Positions 20,001-29,270 of a stretch of DNA of 64,000 bases are shown here, one piece after another. Made by a program: the position numbers and the translations under genes. Numbering within the stretch: the first letter of the stretch is position 1; the number at the start of each line of letters is the position of its first letter. The notes under the pieces are model-generated. The model saw nothing but the letters and a program-made list of their open reading frames with translations, did no database searches and was not told where the DNA came from. The stretch lies in the IMG/VR virus record IMGVR_UViG_3300044445_000196, one strand, 5' to 3'. This stretch comes from an uncultured virus (IMG/VR IMGVR_UViG_3300044445_000196) (taxonomy: Duplodnaviria; Heunggongvirae; Uroviricota; Caudoviricetes).

Positions 20001-21240
20001 GCAGTGCGTACACCGGTAGCATGGCGTTGCCATCTGGGACGACGTCATCCTCGGTGCGGTCGGCGATGAGCTGCGAGTTCGCGCACGCCTGGTGCCACCA
20101 CACGCGCGGGTGCGAGGGGGTGTCCTTCGGACGTCCAAAGGTGCCGAGGTAGAACGCTTCCCGCGCGACTCGGAGGATGAACTCTCGAAGCGCGTCGTCC
20201 TCGACCTCCCCGCCCGTGCTGAGCCACCGATTCGCGCCTTCGATGTGTGCCGGGTCGACCGCGGCGGGACGAAGCATGAGCGGGAGGATGGGGTCCTCCA
20301 GAGCTCGCTGCAGGTGCAGGATCTCGACGCCGCTCATCAGCAGCGAGCCAGTGCCGGGGCGCTCAGGGGCGAACAGTCCGTACATCTCCTCGGTGGAGCG
20401 CAGGTGGTAGCCCTGGCCGGTGAAGCGATAGCGCTTCGGGTCGTCGAGGGGGCGAACACCCTCCTCGGCGGTGGACTTGCCAGCGAGGGTGCGAAGCGCC
20501 AGCCACGCGTCGTGAGCGTGCGCGTCGCAGTCGTGCGTGAAGTGCGAGTCGTTGGTGGCGATGAGGGGGATGCCGAACTCCTGGCCGAGCTCCCACATCT
20601 TCGGCAGCGCTTTGGTCTCCACGCGGATACCGTGCTCCATCACTTCGAGGAAGACGTTCTCGCGGCCGAACGCTTCTACCAGCGCAGTGAGGTTCCGGCG
20701 GGCGAGGTCCGTGTCGCCGCCGGCGACGGGCCCCAGGACGGGACCGCCCAGGCAGCCGGTGAGGGCGACGAGACCGTCGACATCCTCCGCGAGCAGGTTC
20801 AGGTCGGCCATGGGGTACTTCGACCACTTCGTGCGCTCAGCGGCATTGGTGATGCGCACGAGGTTCTGCCACCCGGCGCGCGTGGTGGCGAGCAGGGTCA
20901 GGTGGTAGTAGTTCTTCTTCTTCTGGGCGCCCTCGCCGGACTCATCGGAGTCGTCGGCGAGGTCCCCCGCGGTCAGCTGGTGCTTTGGTGCGTGCCGGTT
21001 GCCGAAGCTGCCGTCCGGGTCGATGGCGAGGTAGAGCTCCACGCCAGGGATGAGCTTCACACCGGCAGCTTTGGCCGCCTCTTTCGCCTTCCAGAGGCCA
21101 CCGGGGGTTCCGTGGTCGGTGACGGCGAGCGCGGACTGACCGTGCGCGGCGGCGGCCTTGAAGATGTCCTTCATACGGGCCAGGCCGTCGAGCAGGCTCG
21201 ACTCGGTGTGCACGTGGAGGTGCGTGAACTGCTGTGTCAT
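17092..21240 (-). CDS. dnaE: DNA polymerase III alpha subunit
   Basis: PHP HLHVHT...SLLDG, GPGRGS, PDFDID, KLDILSL, FNASH motifs. Confidence 0.97.
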   Translation of the reverse strand: MTQQFTHLHVHTESSLLDGLARMKDIFKAAAAHGQSALAVTDHGTPGGLWKAKEAAKAAGVKLIPGVELYLAIDPDGSFGNRHAPKHQLTAGDLADDSDESGEGAQKKKNYYHLTLLATTRAGWQNLVRITNAAERTKWSKYPMADLNLLAEDVDGLVALTGCLGGPVLGPVAGGDTDLARRNLTALVEAFGRENVFLEVMEHGIRVETKALPKMWELGQEFGIPLIATNDSHFTHDCDAHAHDAWLALRTLAGKSTAEEGVRPLDDPKRYRFTGQGYHLRSTEEMYGLFAPERPGTGSLLMSGVEILHLQRALEDPILPLMLRPAAVDPAHIEGANRWLSTGGEVEDDALREFILRVAREAFYLGTFGRPKDTPSHPRVWWHQACANSQLIADRTEDDVVPDGNAMLPVYALPDGVTNSRKYLFSQVLAGAKRIYGDELPQEVKDRLNVEWEVITYMGFEDYFLIVWDVCDWAKSRACIHQTVRAHGAETYDCDVDGCSGTKAPILVGPGRGSGAGSMVAYALGITGLDPLRHDLLFERFIERGRSDWPDFDIDFERLRREDILDYLEYRWGEGHVALIGSYGVSKSRRAVKDAARLLGEGALGAKLTKVIPVVEGNPMPFEELLNPDNTQTAEFRRVLEKGGAAAQEVLELAQSFDSIVNGASIHACGVIISDRYLPDLIPLRQKKTELPDGTERVRLVTQWDSKDCEKFGLLKLDILSLRNLDIMHTAFDYIAEQTGEVLTMETIPHPSTKGDPRVDRAWQLLREGRTAGIFQAEGPAMTQLIQDVQPENEEHLSAIYALFRPGPISAGMPEHYGLRKNGKEAVTYDLYTSDTVEQEWIATRLGKSFGILAYQEQMMLLGTTLAGFDAGQRSSLRRAIGKKDKVKMAQVKDIFLDGAGKEFRDEYGQVISPVFRKDTADRIWSMFEGAASYAFNASHSMAYAYIGYYTAFLKANWPGAYGAAILANTTETDRRIEALLALPAEGIEVLAPDVNLSRARSTPEGMTKVRIGLSEVAGVSGAGDSVVRYRDQGGRFKNLTDLVNRVRVDEAGIKRLPANNIASLIEAGALDAFGPRYGLAMVARLADEPLPAPVPDIEWGLIERSARQRQRLGVSLGAHPLVVFRDQVRSWKKKVATGYGIVEECGIPIGLIPTEPGGLVTVIGLLAQFAEGSYKGGRKAAIVLEGSTERVDCIMWDGELTEQREIGIPQIGWPVAVTAKVGIREYEQEDDEGNITLKKIRQLTVRRIDEVHLDDPIVGALPTEVVVPALNIAPVIEIAEAPSAPELEIPEVEPVAEAIIDPVDDLPDFGVPDDVEEPGDGPLRLTMTRAAAYNKIRIMAAIPQHLHERGARLLPEGRVMTRDHFEYSLDGRVIAIVDIVG

Positions 21241-21326
21241 GTGGTCGTCATCCCGTCGGGTGCGGGCAAAGGAGAGAGGGCGCCCGCGTGGTGCTACGGG
21301 AGGACTATGCGCGGCGACCGGTACGC

Positions 21327-21360
21327 AGAAGGCCCGCCCCTGTTCCGGGGCGGGCCTTCT
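21327..21360 (-). terminator. Hairpin terminator
   Basis: AGAAGGCCCGCCC / GGGCGGGCCTTCT. Confidence 0.75.
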
Positions 21361-21370
21361 GCGTCTCAGC

Positions 21371-24300
21371 TCAGCTCTCGGTCTTGGCGGATTCGGTGTC
21401 GTCGAGGACGATGCCGTCGTGGGCGATGGCGAACAGCTTCTCCGCGAGCACCGGGATGCCCGAGAAGCGGGAGGCGGAGGTCACCTCGGAACCGGGCGCG
21501 CCCAGGGACGTGCGCACGGCCATGGTGTCGGAGCGTCCGCCACCGGGCAGGGCGAGCTTCTCGGCGTAGACCGACCCCCAGGACTGCTTGGCCGTCTGAC
21601 CGTGCGGGATGAGCTCGGGGTAGCTGCGCTGCGCCTCCTTGAACGCCGCCGACAGGTCGAAGAGGGCGACTTCCTCCGTGCCCTTGCGGCCGAAGTAGCC
21701 GATGGCGGTGCCCTTGGGCACCCAGGTGGCGGCCTTCGCGTCGAACTCCCACCCGAGGGCCTGGTTCAGCGAGGCAACGTCGACACCGCCCACATCCTCC
21801 CCGCCAGCGCGGACCGTGTACGGCGGGGCCCCGGGGGTGGTGGGGTTGCGCAGGTGCGCCTTGCCGGTGGACATCAGTCCCGACAGGGCCTTCAGCAGCG
21901 CGGAACCGGGCGTGGTCGAACGAGCGCGGAGGATGCCCTCTGCTGCCAGTCCGTACAGCTCGCGCGCGTAGCCGTCCTCCGAGTCCAGCGCCCGCATCAC
22001 GGGCTCGTCGGGGTCGATGCCGGCCCACTCGGCGAGGCGGTAGAGGACGTTCAGGGTCAGCCCGAGGGAGGAGACCTGACCGACGAAGCGCGCGGCCTCG
22101 CCCTTTTCGATGCCGTGCTCGTCGTTCAGCACCTCGAAGGCGACCTTCTTGCCGTCGTTGAACACCGAGTTCAGCTGTGCCTGCCGGTCGGCCCACGTCG
22201 CACCGAAGCCGGTGTCGTCCTGGTGCCAGAAGCGGATCATCGCTGCGGCGAGTCGGGCGGGGGCGCCGTCGACGTCGCAGAGGTGCAGCAGCTCCTCCTC
22301 GCGCCACGCGCCGTGGTCGCCGCCGTCAGCGCTGTCGTCGAAGGCCTGGCTGGGCACGTTGAACACCAGGGTGCGGTCCTGGATGGAGGGGACGGTCGGG
22401 GGGTTTTCCGCGGTGACGCAGAGCACAGCGATGGGGTTGGCCACATCTCGCTGCTCCATCGTGCGCCCGTCCAGGCGGCGCTTGGCGGTGTTGTTGAACA
22501 TCGCCCGGATGATGGCTTCGAGGTCCGATGCCTGCTGCTCGGCCTTGCGGCGGTCGGTCTGCGGGGCGAGGTCGTCGATGATCCAGATGGGGGCGAGCGA
22601 GACGCTGGACTCGTGCGCGCCGAAGGTGTCGCCGGCGGAACCGGGCAGCTGGCTGCCGGTCCAGGTGCCGGGCGTCTGCTGCCACGGCTTCATCACGAAG
22701 GACGCGGTGTACGACTTGCCCGCGCCCTTAGGGCCGACGAAGTAGAGCGTCGTGCCGGGGTGCTTAGGGATGGTGGGGCGGAACATCGCGCAGAGCACCG
22801 CCACGGCGGTGGCGCGGTTCTTCCAGAACCCGTTCTCGACGACGACGCGCACCACGTCGCGGATGTCCTTGGCGACCTGCGCCTTGTACTGCTCGAGGTC
22901 GAGGGTGCCCCACTCGTCGATGACACCGAACTTCGACGCGCGCGGGAGCGTCTTCTCGGTCACACCGATGCGGGTCTGCTTCTCGTCATGCTCGCTCGCC
23001 GCGAGCACCTGGGTGCCGACGATGAAAGCGGGCTGGCCGTTGGGGACGGGGACCCATCCCATGGTGTTCCAGGCCACGGCGTTCTGCACCTTGTCGCGCT
23101 TGTTCGCCTTGATGGCACCGAGCCAGTCCAGGCCCTTACGCGGCGGCCAGTCCGGGTGGGCGAGCACCTCATTGGGCAGCTGGATGGCGTGACGCACCCA
23201 GTCCTGCGGCGGGGTCGACATGAGGGTGGCGGGACCGAGGACACGGTACCGGGTGGGGGTGTCGTCGATGTCCTGGTTGCGGTCGAGGAGGGCGATCTCG
23301 ATTTCGCAGGAGCTGTCCTCCAGGCGCATCGGCTGAGAGGAGTCGACGACACCGTTGAAGATCTCGCCTTCGGTGGGGCGGCGGCTCTCGACGTGCGAGA
23401 GCAGGCGTCCGCCGACGCGCGCACGGGTAACCCAGCTGCCGGTGGTCATACCGGTGTTCGAGTTGAGCTGCTCGACGTACTCCTGGGTGATGCCGTCGTT
23501 CTGGGGGTGCACGCGCCAGTCGCCTGCGATGGCGGTGGCCTCTCCCGCGTTGGGCTTGGGCGGCAGGTCGGCGGAGAGCAGGTCCTGCATCGAGGTCCAG
23601 GTGCCGATGTGGGCGAGGTAGTCGTCGATGCCGAGCTTGTCGGCGGGGTCCATACCGGCGGAGATCTGCGCCGCGGCGACCTCGGCGCTGAACAGCTTCA
23701 GCAGTGAGGGCTTGCCCTTGTTGTCGCGGACGAAGCGGAAGAACTTCTCCGTCTCGCGCCACACCATGGCGTTCTCGGCCAGGTCTCCGTCGAAGGCGAC
23801 GATGACGCGCTTGTCGCGCAGGCCGACCTTGCGCCAGTCTGCGGCGCGACCCTCCCAGGTGGTGACGGAGCCGGAGGTGGCCACGACGGTGCGCAGCTGC
23901 GCGGGGACCTTCAACATCAGCGCCTGCAGACGCAGACGCGCCTCGGCCGTGCTGATGACGGCGCCGGTGGCTTCGAAGACCACGCTGAGCTCTTCGACCG
24001 TGATGCCGGCGTCCAGGAGCACGGCGGTGAGGGCCGAGTCTCCCTTGAGCAGCCCCTCGGTCACCAGGACGCTGTTGGCGGACTCGGTCCACTCCACCGG
24101 GGTTGCCGGGTGCAGGTCGATGACCATGGACTGCCCCGGGAAGAACATGTACTTCGCGGGCTTGCCGTCCTCGCGGACGACCGGGGTGGCGGGCCGGTAC
24201 TGGTACAGCCCGGCCTTCGCTGCGGTGCCAGCTTCGACGACGGCGCTGACCGAGAACCACGGCATGGCGAGCATGTCTTCGTCCTCGGGGGCGACCAGGC

Positions 24301-24517
24301 GCACGAGGTCGGTCTTCAGCTTCTGCACGCCGGCGGTGCCGCGGTACAGGTTGGCGAAGCTCGTCGCCTGTTCCTTGTTCGTGACCTCCCAGTAGCCGCG
24401 GGCGACCGCGACGAGGGGGGCAATGCGGGAGGACGCGAGCTTGCGCGCTCCGGAGCCGCTGATGGCCCCATAGCTGTCCTGGTCCCAGGGGTTGGGGGTG
24501 AAGTTCTCGATGGTCAT
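21371..24517 (-). CDS. Primase-helicase replication protein (DUF3854-like Toprim plus P-loop helicase)
   Basis: QYRP...KY, VTEGLLKG, VAFDGD, LGIDDY; Walker A GPKGAGKS, Walker B IWIIDD; class A motif 24526-24535 sets start. Confidence 0.85.
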   Translation of the reverse strand: MTIENFTPNPWDQDSYGAISGSGARKLASSRIAPLVAVARGYWEVTNKEQATSFANLYRGTAGVQKLKTDLVRLVAPEDEDMLAMPWFSVSAVVEAGTAAKAGLYQYRPATPVVREDGKPAKYMFFPGQSMVIDLHPATPVEWTESANSVLVTEGLLKGDSALTAVLLDAGITVEELSVVFEATGAVISTAEARLRLQALMLKVPAQLRTVVATSGSVTTWEGRAADWRKVGLRDKRVIVAFDGDLAENAMVWRETEKFFRFVRDNKGKPSLLKLFSAEVAAAQISAGMDPADKLGIDDYLAHIGTWTSMQDLLSADLPPKPNAGEATAIAGDWRVHPQNDGITQEYVEQLNSNTGMTTGSWVTRARVGGRLLSHVESRRPTEGEIFNGVVDSSQPMRLEDSSCEIEIALLDRNQDIDDTPTRYRVLGPATLMSTPPQDWVRHAIQLPNEVLAHPDWPPRKGLDWLGAIKANKRDKVQNAVAWNTMGWVPVPNGQPAFIVGTQVLAASEHDEKQTRIGVTEKTLPRASKFGVIDEWGTLDLEQYKAQVAKDIRDVVRVVVENGFWKNRATAVAVLCAMFRPTIPKHPGTTLYFVGPKGAGKSYTASFVMKPWQQTPGTWTGSQLPGSAGDTFGAHESSVSLAPIWIIDDLAPQTDRRKAEQQASDLEAIIRAMFNNTAKRRLDGRTMEQRDVANPIAVLCVTAENPPTVPSIQDRTLVFNVPSQAFDDSADGGDHGAWREEELLHLCDVDGAPARLAAAMIRFWHQDDTGFGATWADRQAQLNSVFNDGKKVAFEVLNDEHGIEKGEAARFVGQVSSLGLTLNVLYRLAEWAGIDPDEPVMRALDSEDGYARELYGLAAEGILRARSTTPGSALLKALSGLMSTGKAHLRNPTTPGAPPYTVRAGGEDVGGVDVASLNQALGWEFDAKAATWVPKGTAIGYFGRKGTEEVALFDLSAAFKEAQRSYPELIPHGQTAKQSWGSVYAEKLALPGGGRSDTMAVRTSLGAPGSEVTSASRFSGIPVLAEKLFAIAHDGIVLDDTESAKTES

Positions 24518-24619
24518 GGTGGCGCCTATGCGCGTGCCCTGACGGATGCATTCGGCTGTCCCCCGCGGGCGCTCGCGCGCGCCCTGCGTCATCTCTGAGG
24601 TGGCGCGCATAGGGCAGCC

Positions 24620-26776
24620 ATGTCCGAATCCCCTGCACCCACCGTCGGCGTCTCCGGCGTGCCCCACGTGGCCGCCGCGCTTCGCCAGCTCGGAGTCCAC
24701 GTCATCACCGGCGCGTCGTTCCGCGACGCCGCCGTCAACATCGCCGCTCAGCTGAAGCAGACGAAGACCCACGTCATCGTCGAGGCCAAGACCGAGCCCG
24801 GTTTCGCCCCCTGGGTCAAGGCCATCAACGCCAAGTCCCTCGGCGTCATCCTGCTGCCCACCGACCCCGACGTCGACCTGAGCCAGCTGGGCGACATCGC
24901 TCAGCTGCCGCTGCCCGGCACGGTCGCCGACCTGCTGGAAGCGGTCGGTATCGACGCCACCGGTGACGCCGCCAGCACCGTCGTCGAGGTCATCGGCGCG
25001 TCGGAGCCCGCCCCGTCGGCGCCCGCGCCCGTCGCGGCCGTCTCCGGCCCGTTCGCCTTCCTCGGCGAGGCCGCACCCGCGGCACCCGCTTCGCCGGCCC
25101 CGGTCGCCGACGCCGCGGCTGTCGAGCCGACGCCGGAGCCCGTCCTCGAGCCCGCGGTCACCGCGGAGCCGGACCCCGCCGTCGTGTCCGACCCGTTCGC
25201 GGGACTGGTCTCCCCCACCGCAGAGCCCACCGTCAGTGACCCGTTCGACGCACCCGTCGCTGTCTCCGACCCCTTCCTCGCCCCGGCCGCCGCCGACTCC
25301 GCGGTGACCGACCCCTTCGCCGAGGTTCTCGGCACGGCACCCTCGGCTCCCGCCCAGGACTTCCTCACCCCGTCGGTCGAGACCCCGGCGTTCAAGGACG
25401 CCCCGGACACCTCGTTCGACGCGTTCATCAGCGGCGCGGCCCCCTCCGTGCCTGCGCCGGTCACCGCGGCGCCTGCGGTGCTCGACCCGTTCTCCGCGGA
25501 CGGTGTCACGGGCGACGACACGGCGACCACCGTGGCAACGCCGGCCGCCGAGCCGGAGGCTGTCTTCGACCTGCCGATGCCGGAAGTGCCGACGGACGAC
25601 GGCGCGGACAAGCAGTCGCTGATGCAGCGCATGCGCGCACGCCGCGCGGAAGCAGCCGTCGCCGAGGTCGTGGCAAGCCCCGCGGAGCCGACTCCGTACG
25701 AGCTGCCGACCCCCAACCAGACGTTCGAGCCGGCACCCGCGCCCGTTCCCGCGGACCTGCCCGTTCCGGCGCAGCCTGTCGTGCACGCCCCTATCGCGGT
25801 GCCCACCCCCGCTGTCTCCGGCGACGGGCTGAAGCTGGCACCGCGTCCCGTCTCCGCCGACGTCGACTTCTTCGCCGGTACCGGTATCTCCTCCGGGGGC
25901 AGCCAGGTGGTGTTCTCCGTCGCCGGTAAGGGCGGCGCGGGCAAGACGACGAACTCGCTCTTCTACGCCCAGACCGCCGGTGGCGGCGGGGTGAAGACCC
26001 TCGTCATCGACGCGAACCGCGACCAGGGCGACATCGGCACGTCGCTGCGCATCGACAAGGTCGGCTTCCCCACCATCCTCGAGGCGCTGCGCAGCGGCCC
26101 CGAAGGGGCTGTGGTCACCAAGACCGCCATCAACAACGCCCGTCCCAACGCCGCGCAGGACATCACCTTCGATGTCGTCCTCGCGCCGCCGCGTGACTTC
26201 GCCGGACCGAAGTACGCCAGCGCCGAGCTGTACGCGCAGGTGCTGGCGTGGGCGAAGCCCCGCTACGACCTCATCGTCATCGACACGCAGATCATCGAGG
26301 CGCACAAGTCCGACCTGCACACCGGCTTCGTCATCCCGGAGCTGCGCTCGGGGGCGTGGTCGGCCGGCATCGCCCTGTATGACTACTCCGCCATCCGCAA
26401 CGCCTTCTCGGTGTTCGAGGAGCTCAGCGCACTGGGCGTCACCGCCACCCGCTCGCTCATCGTCGCCACCCGCTGGCCCGAGCGTGACAGCGACACCGAC
26501 AAGTTCAACTCGCAGTTCGGTCAGTACGGCACGTTCCTCGGCTTCGTCGGGGACGACCCGAACATCAACGCCCAGAAGTCCGTGGGCAACCTGTTGGTGG
26601 CCTCCCCCGCCATCGAGCCGGTCGTGCGCGCGCTGCTGTACCGGGTCACCGGCAACAGCGTCTTCGCTCCCATCGAGGACACGGGCAAGAAGCGCGGCAA
26701 GCAGGCCCCCGCGCCGGCCGCCGCCGACTCCGCCCAGGGCAAGAAGCGCTTCGGCCTGTTCGGGCGCAGCAAGTGA
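24620..26776 (+). CDS. ParA/MinD/CpaE-like ATPase with long Pro/Ala linker
   Basis: Deviant Walker A GKGGAGKTT, LVIDAN, YDLIVIDT. Confidence 0.8.
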   Translation: MSESPAPTVGVSGVPHVAAALRQLGVHVITGASFRDAAVNIAAQLKQTKTHVIVEAKTEPGFAPWVKAINAKSLGVILLPTDPDVDLSQLGDIAQLPLPGTVADLLEAVGIDATGDAASTVVEVIGASEPAPSAPAPVAAVSGPFAFLGEAAPAAPASPAPVADAAAVEPTPEPVLEPAVTAEPDPAVVSDPFAGLVSPTAEPTVSDPFDAPVAVSDPFLAPAAADSAVTDPFAEVLGTAPSAPAQDFLTPSVETPAFKDAPDTSFDAFISGAAPSVPAPVTAAPAVLDPFSADGVTGDDTATTVATPAAEPEAVFDLPMPEVPTDDGADKQSLMQRMRARRAEAAVAEVVASPAEPTPYELPTPNQTFEPAPAPVPADLPVPAQPVVHAPIAVPTPAVSGDGLKLAPRPVSADVDFFAGTGISSGGSQVVFSVAGKGGAGKTTNSLFYAQTAGGGGVKTLVIDANRDQGDIGTSLRIDKVGFPTILEALRSGPEGAVVTKTAINNARPNAAQDITFDVVLAPPRDFAGPKYASAELYAQVLAWAKPRYDLIVIDTQIIEAHKSDLHTGFVIPELRSGAWSAGIALYDYSAIRNAFSVFEELSALGVTATRSLIVATRWPERDSDTDKFNSQFGQYGTFLGFVGDDPNINAQKSVGNLLVASPAIEPVVRALLYRVTGNSVFAPIEDTGKKRGKQAPAPAAADSAQGKKRFGLFGRSK

Positions 26777-27702
26777 GGGCTTCGGCCATGCGCAGCCTCC
26801 CGGCTCCCGGGAGGCTGCGCGACCTCATCGCCCAGACGGCATGGGGTCTGGCGGCGGAGAAGCTCCTCGGGCGAAGCGGAGACCTGCTCGCCCTCCCCCA
26901 CGCCGCCAACCTCGGCACAGGTGAGGCGTACGTCCACTGGGCGCCGTCCATCGTTGTCGAGCCGGGAACGGAGGTGTCCTGGCGCGTCGTCGAGCGCGGG
27001 GTCACCCGCACGGGTGCCTTCACCGCCTACGCGCCCGACGAGGTCTACGGGGAGTACCCGCCCGGTGCCCCGCAGCTCACGACCGGTTCTGCTCGCGCGC
27101 TGGTCACCCAGGGTCGTGCGGCGCGTTTCGCGCTGGTCGAGGAGCTCGAGCGTCACGTCACCGAGCTGCTGGAAGCCAGCAACCGCTACGTCGCGCGCGA
27201 GCTCGAAGGCCGCGCCGGCGACGAGACGGAGTCGTGGGCGCCGAGCGCCAATCACGGCGTCGTCGACCGGGTCGCTCTGGAAGGTCTCGCGACCGACCTG
27301 CTGTGGGGCGAGGGCGAGCAGCCCGATTCGGTCGTGCTGCGGATGGTGGCGCGGGCGGCGACCACGCACATCAACAACCAGCCGCCGGGGTCGTGGTTCC
27401 ACATCAACCTCCGCGCGCGGTGCGAGGAGGCCATCCGCCGGCACATCGGGGACCCGCACATCGGGCGCAAGATCCGCCGGCTGGCGCGGGAACAGTCGCC
27501 GACCTCCATCGACGACCTGCTGGCGATGTACCGCGCTGCGCACCCCCGCGAGTCGGTGGGTCGTGACCGCATCGTCGCTGCCCTGTCGGCGGACAAGACC
27601 CTCGACTCGGTCTCGCACTCGCTGTCGCTGCTCACCAACGTCCGGGATGACACCGGGGACAGCGCTTTGGAGGATCTCTCCGAAGTCGAGGCGGCTGCGT
27701 GA
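26773..27702 (+). CDS. Hypothetical protein, possibly divergent sigma-like/DNA-binding
   Basis: Translationally coupled in operon; helical; only weak sigma resemblance. Confidence 0.6.
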   Translation: MRASAMRSLPAPGRLRDLIAQTAWGLAAEKLLGRSGDLLALPHAANLGTGEAYVHWAPSIVVEPGTEVSWRVVERGVTRTGAFTAYAPDEVYGEYPPGAPQLTTGSARALVTQGRAARFALVEELERHVTELLEASNRYVARELEGRAGDETESWAPSANHGVVDRVALEGLATDLLWGEGEQPDSVVLRMVARAATTHINNQPPGSWFHINLRARCEEAIRRHIGDPHIGRKIRRLAREQSPTSIDDLLAMYRAAHPRESVGRDRIVAALSADKTLDSVSHSLSLLTNVRDDTGDSALEDLSEVEAAA

Positions 27703-28085
27703 GCCTCCATTTGGCGAATGCCGCAAAGACGGCGGCCGTGCGAACCCGGATGGAGTGGCTCGACTCTCTGTCAACGGGGCTCAACTCGATCTCCGACCTC
27801 ATCACCGCGGCGACCTCCGAGGACGACCGCGCTCTCCGCCGCCTCAGTCTCCGCCAGGTCCTTCTTCACCAGAAGGGCTGGGGACGGGCCCGGACAGAGC
27901 GCGTCCTGTCCGACCTTCTCTCATCTCTCGGTCTCGAACCGACCCGCCGCCTCACTGTCGCGTGGCTCATCGACGCCCGCGCAGGCGGTCGGCGTGTCCG
28001 CGCACTGGCTGACGCCTACCCCGGCGTCCAGCCGTGGATCGGCTTTCCGTACGCCCCCCTGCCCGCAGGAGGGGGCAGTCGATGA
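27699..28085 (+). CDS. Actinobacterial IHF-like (mIHF, H2TH) protein
   Basis: R..LRQVLLHQKGWGRARTERVL...RRLTV pattern. Confidence 0.65.
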   Translation: MSLHLANAAKTAAVRTRMEWLDSLSTGLNSISDLITAATSEDDRALRRLSLRQVLLHQKGWGRARTERVLSDLLSSLGLEPTRRLTVAWLIDARAGGRRVRALADAYPGVQPWIGFPYAPLPAGGGSR

Positions 28086-28915
28086 CCGATATCAAGAACT
28101 CCGATTTCAACGACATCGTGGTCCGGGCCATCTCGGCCGAGACCGCCGAGGCGAAGAAGCGGGCGGTGAACGAAGCTCTGGCGCTGCTGTACACCACCGA
28201 GACGCTTCGGAAGTGGGCGCAGTCGATCTCCGCCCGGCGCGGCTACCGCGATGACCACGGCGTGTTCGACGTCGAGCAGGTCATCGCCGAGAAGGTGCTG
28301 CTCGAGCTGCGAAAGGCCACGCCGGAGACGAGCAACCGCATCACGGACTGGCTGAGCTTCCTCCACGGCATCGCCGTCAACGGGGTGAAGGACTACCTCG
28401 CATCGTCGGCGGTGACGGTCGCGTCGAAGATGAGCGGAGCCATGAAGCGACGCGACATCATCGCCCGCACCCAGAAGGAGCTGCTCGCAACCCTCGGCCG
28501 CGAACCCTCTCAGGCTGAGGTCATCGAGTCCGCGAACGCGTGGGCAATCCAGCACCACAAGGATGCCCGCAAGCAGGGCCTGCTCATCAGCGCCGAGGAC
28601 TTCGCCACCGCGGCCATGCGCCCGGTGAGCTTGGACGAGTCCCCGTTCGCCGGCGCCGCTCAGGAGTCGCAGGCGGAGGAGTCCACCGAGGCCCAGTTGG
28701 CGCTGTCGCGGGTGCGGATGGTGGCGGAACGCCTCCACCCCGGCAACGTCGAGCTCGCGGCGGTCGTGGAAGCGTGGGTGGGGTGCATCGCCGCCGCCGA
28801 GCGCCCTTCGCAGGCGAACATCGCCAAGGTGACCGGCCTCAGCTCCTCTGTCGTGCGCGCCTCGCTCGCGAAGCTGAACGACGTCCTCGACGAGGTACGC
28901 GGCCTCTTCGGCTGA
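28082..28915 (+). CDS. Divergent sigma70-family factor
   Basis: Region-3-like ELLATLGREPSQAEV and PVSLD; C-terminal HTH SQANIAKVTGLSSSVV. Confidence 0.7.
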   Translation: MTDIKNSDFNDIVVRAISAETAEAKKRAVNEALALLYTTETLRKWAQSISARRGYRDDHGVFDVEQVIAEKVLLELRKATPETSNRITDWLSFLHGIAVNGVKDYLASSAVTVASKMSGAMKRRDIIARTQKELLATLGREPSQAEVIESANAWAIQHHKDARKQGLLISAEDFATAAMRPVSLDESPFAGAAQESQAEESTEAQLALSRVRMVAERLHPGNVELAAVVEAWVGCIAAAERPSQANIAKVTGLSSSVVRASLAKLNDVLDEVRGLFG

Positions 28916-28929
28916 CGACGTCGGGCAGC

Positions 28930-28964
28930 ACGAAACCCCCGGAGCCTGGCTCCGGGGGTTTCGT
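28930..28964. terminator. Bidirectional hairpin terminator
   Basis: ACGAAACCCCCGGAGC / GCTCCGGGGGTTTCGT. Confidence 0.8.
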
Positions 28965-28970
28965 CACGTG

Positions 28971-29270
28971 TCAGACGGCGACGACGGGGGTGGCGGCCAG
29001 AGCGTCGAACCAGTGACCGCGGATCTGCAGCAGCGACTGCCGGCCCTTCTCGTCCAGCAGCTCCGCGGACGCTAGCGTCCAGTCGATGTGGGTGTACGGC
29101 CACATCCGCGTGTCGATGAACGGGTTGTTCACCTCGAATAGCAGCTTGGCCAGTGCGTCGTTCGTCGCGGCGTACCCGAGGTAGCGGGCGTCCAGCTCGA
29201 TGTCGTCCGGTACGCGGGGTCCGATGGTGAGCCTCGCTCGCGCCTCCTGGCGCACCTCCTCATCGAGCAC
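28971..29270 (-). CDS. Small protein, weak ArdA C-terminal resemblance
   Basis: WPYTHIDWTLASAELL. Confidence 0.45.
   Translation of the reverse strand: MLDEEVRQEARARLTIGPRVPDDIELDARYLGYAATNDALAKLLFEVNNPFIDTRMWPYTHIDWTLASAELLDEKGRQSLLQIRGHWFDALAATPVVAV

Noticed and set aside
19730..20370. Intein in DnaE
   Set aside because: No C/S...HN-C/S/T splice junctions or LAGLIDADG motifs at the inserts.
17146..26320. Long antisense or extended ORFs (17146..20019, 21158..23707, 5' extension to 26320)
   Set aside because: Shadow frames of high-GC genes; real starts are fixed by motifs and domain content.
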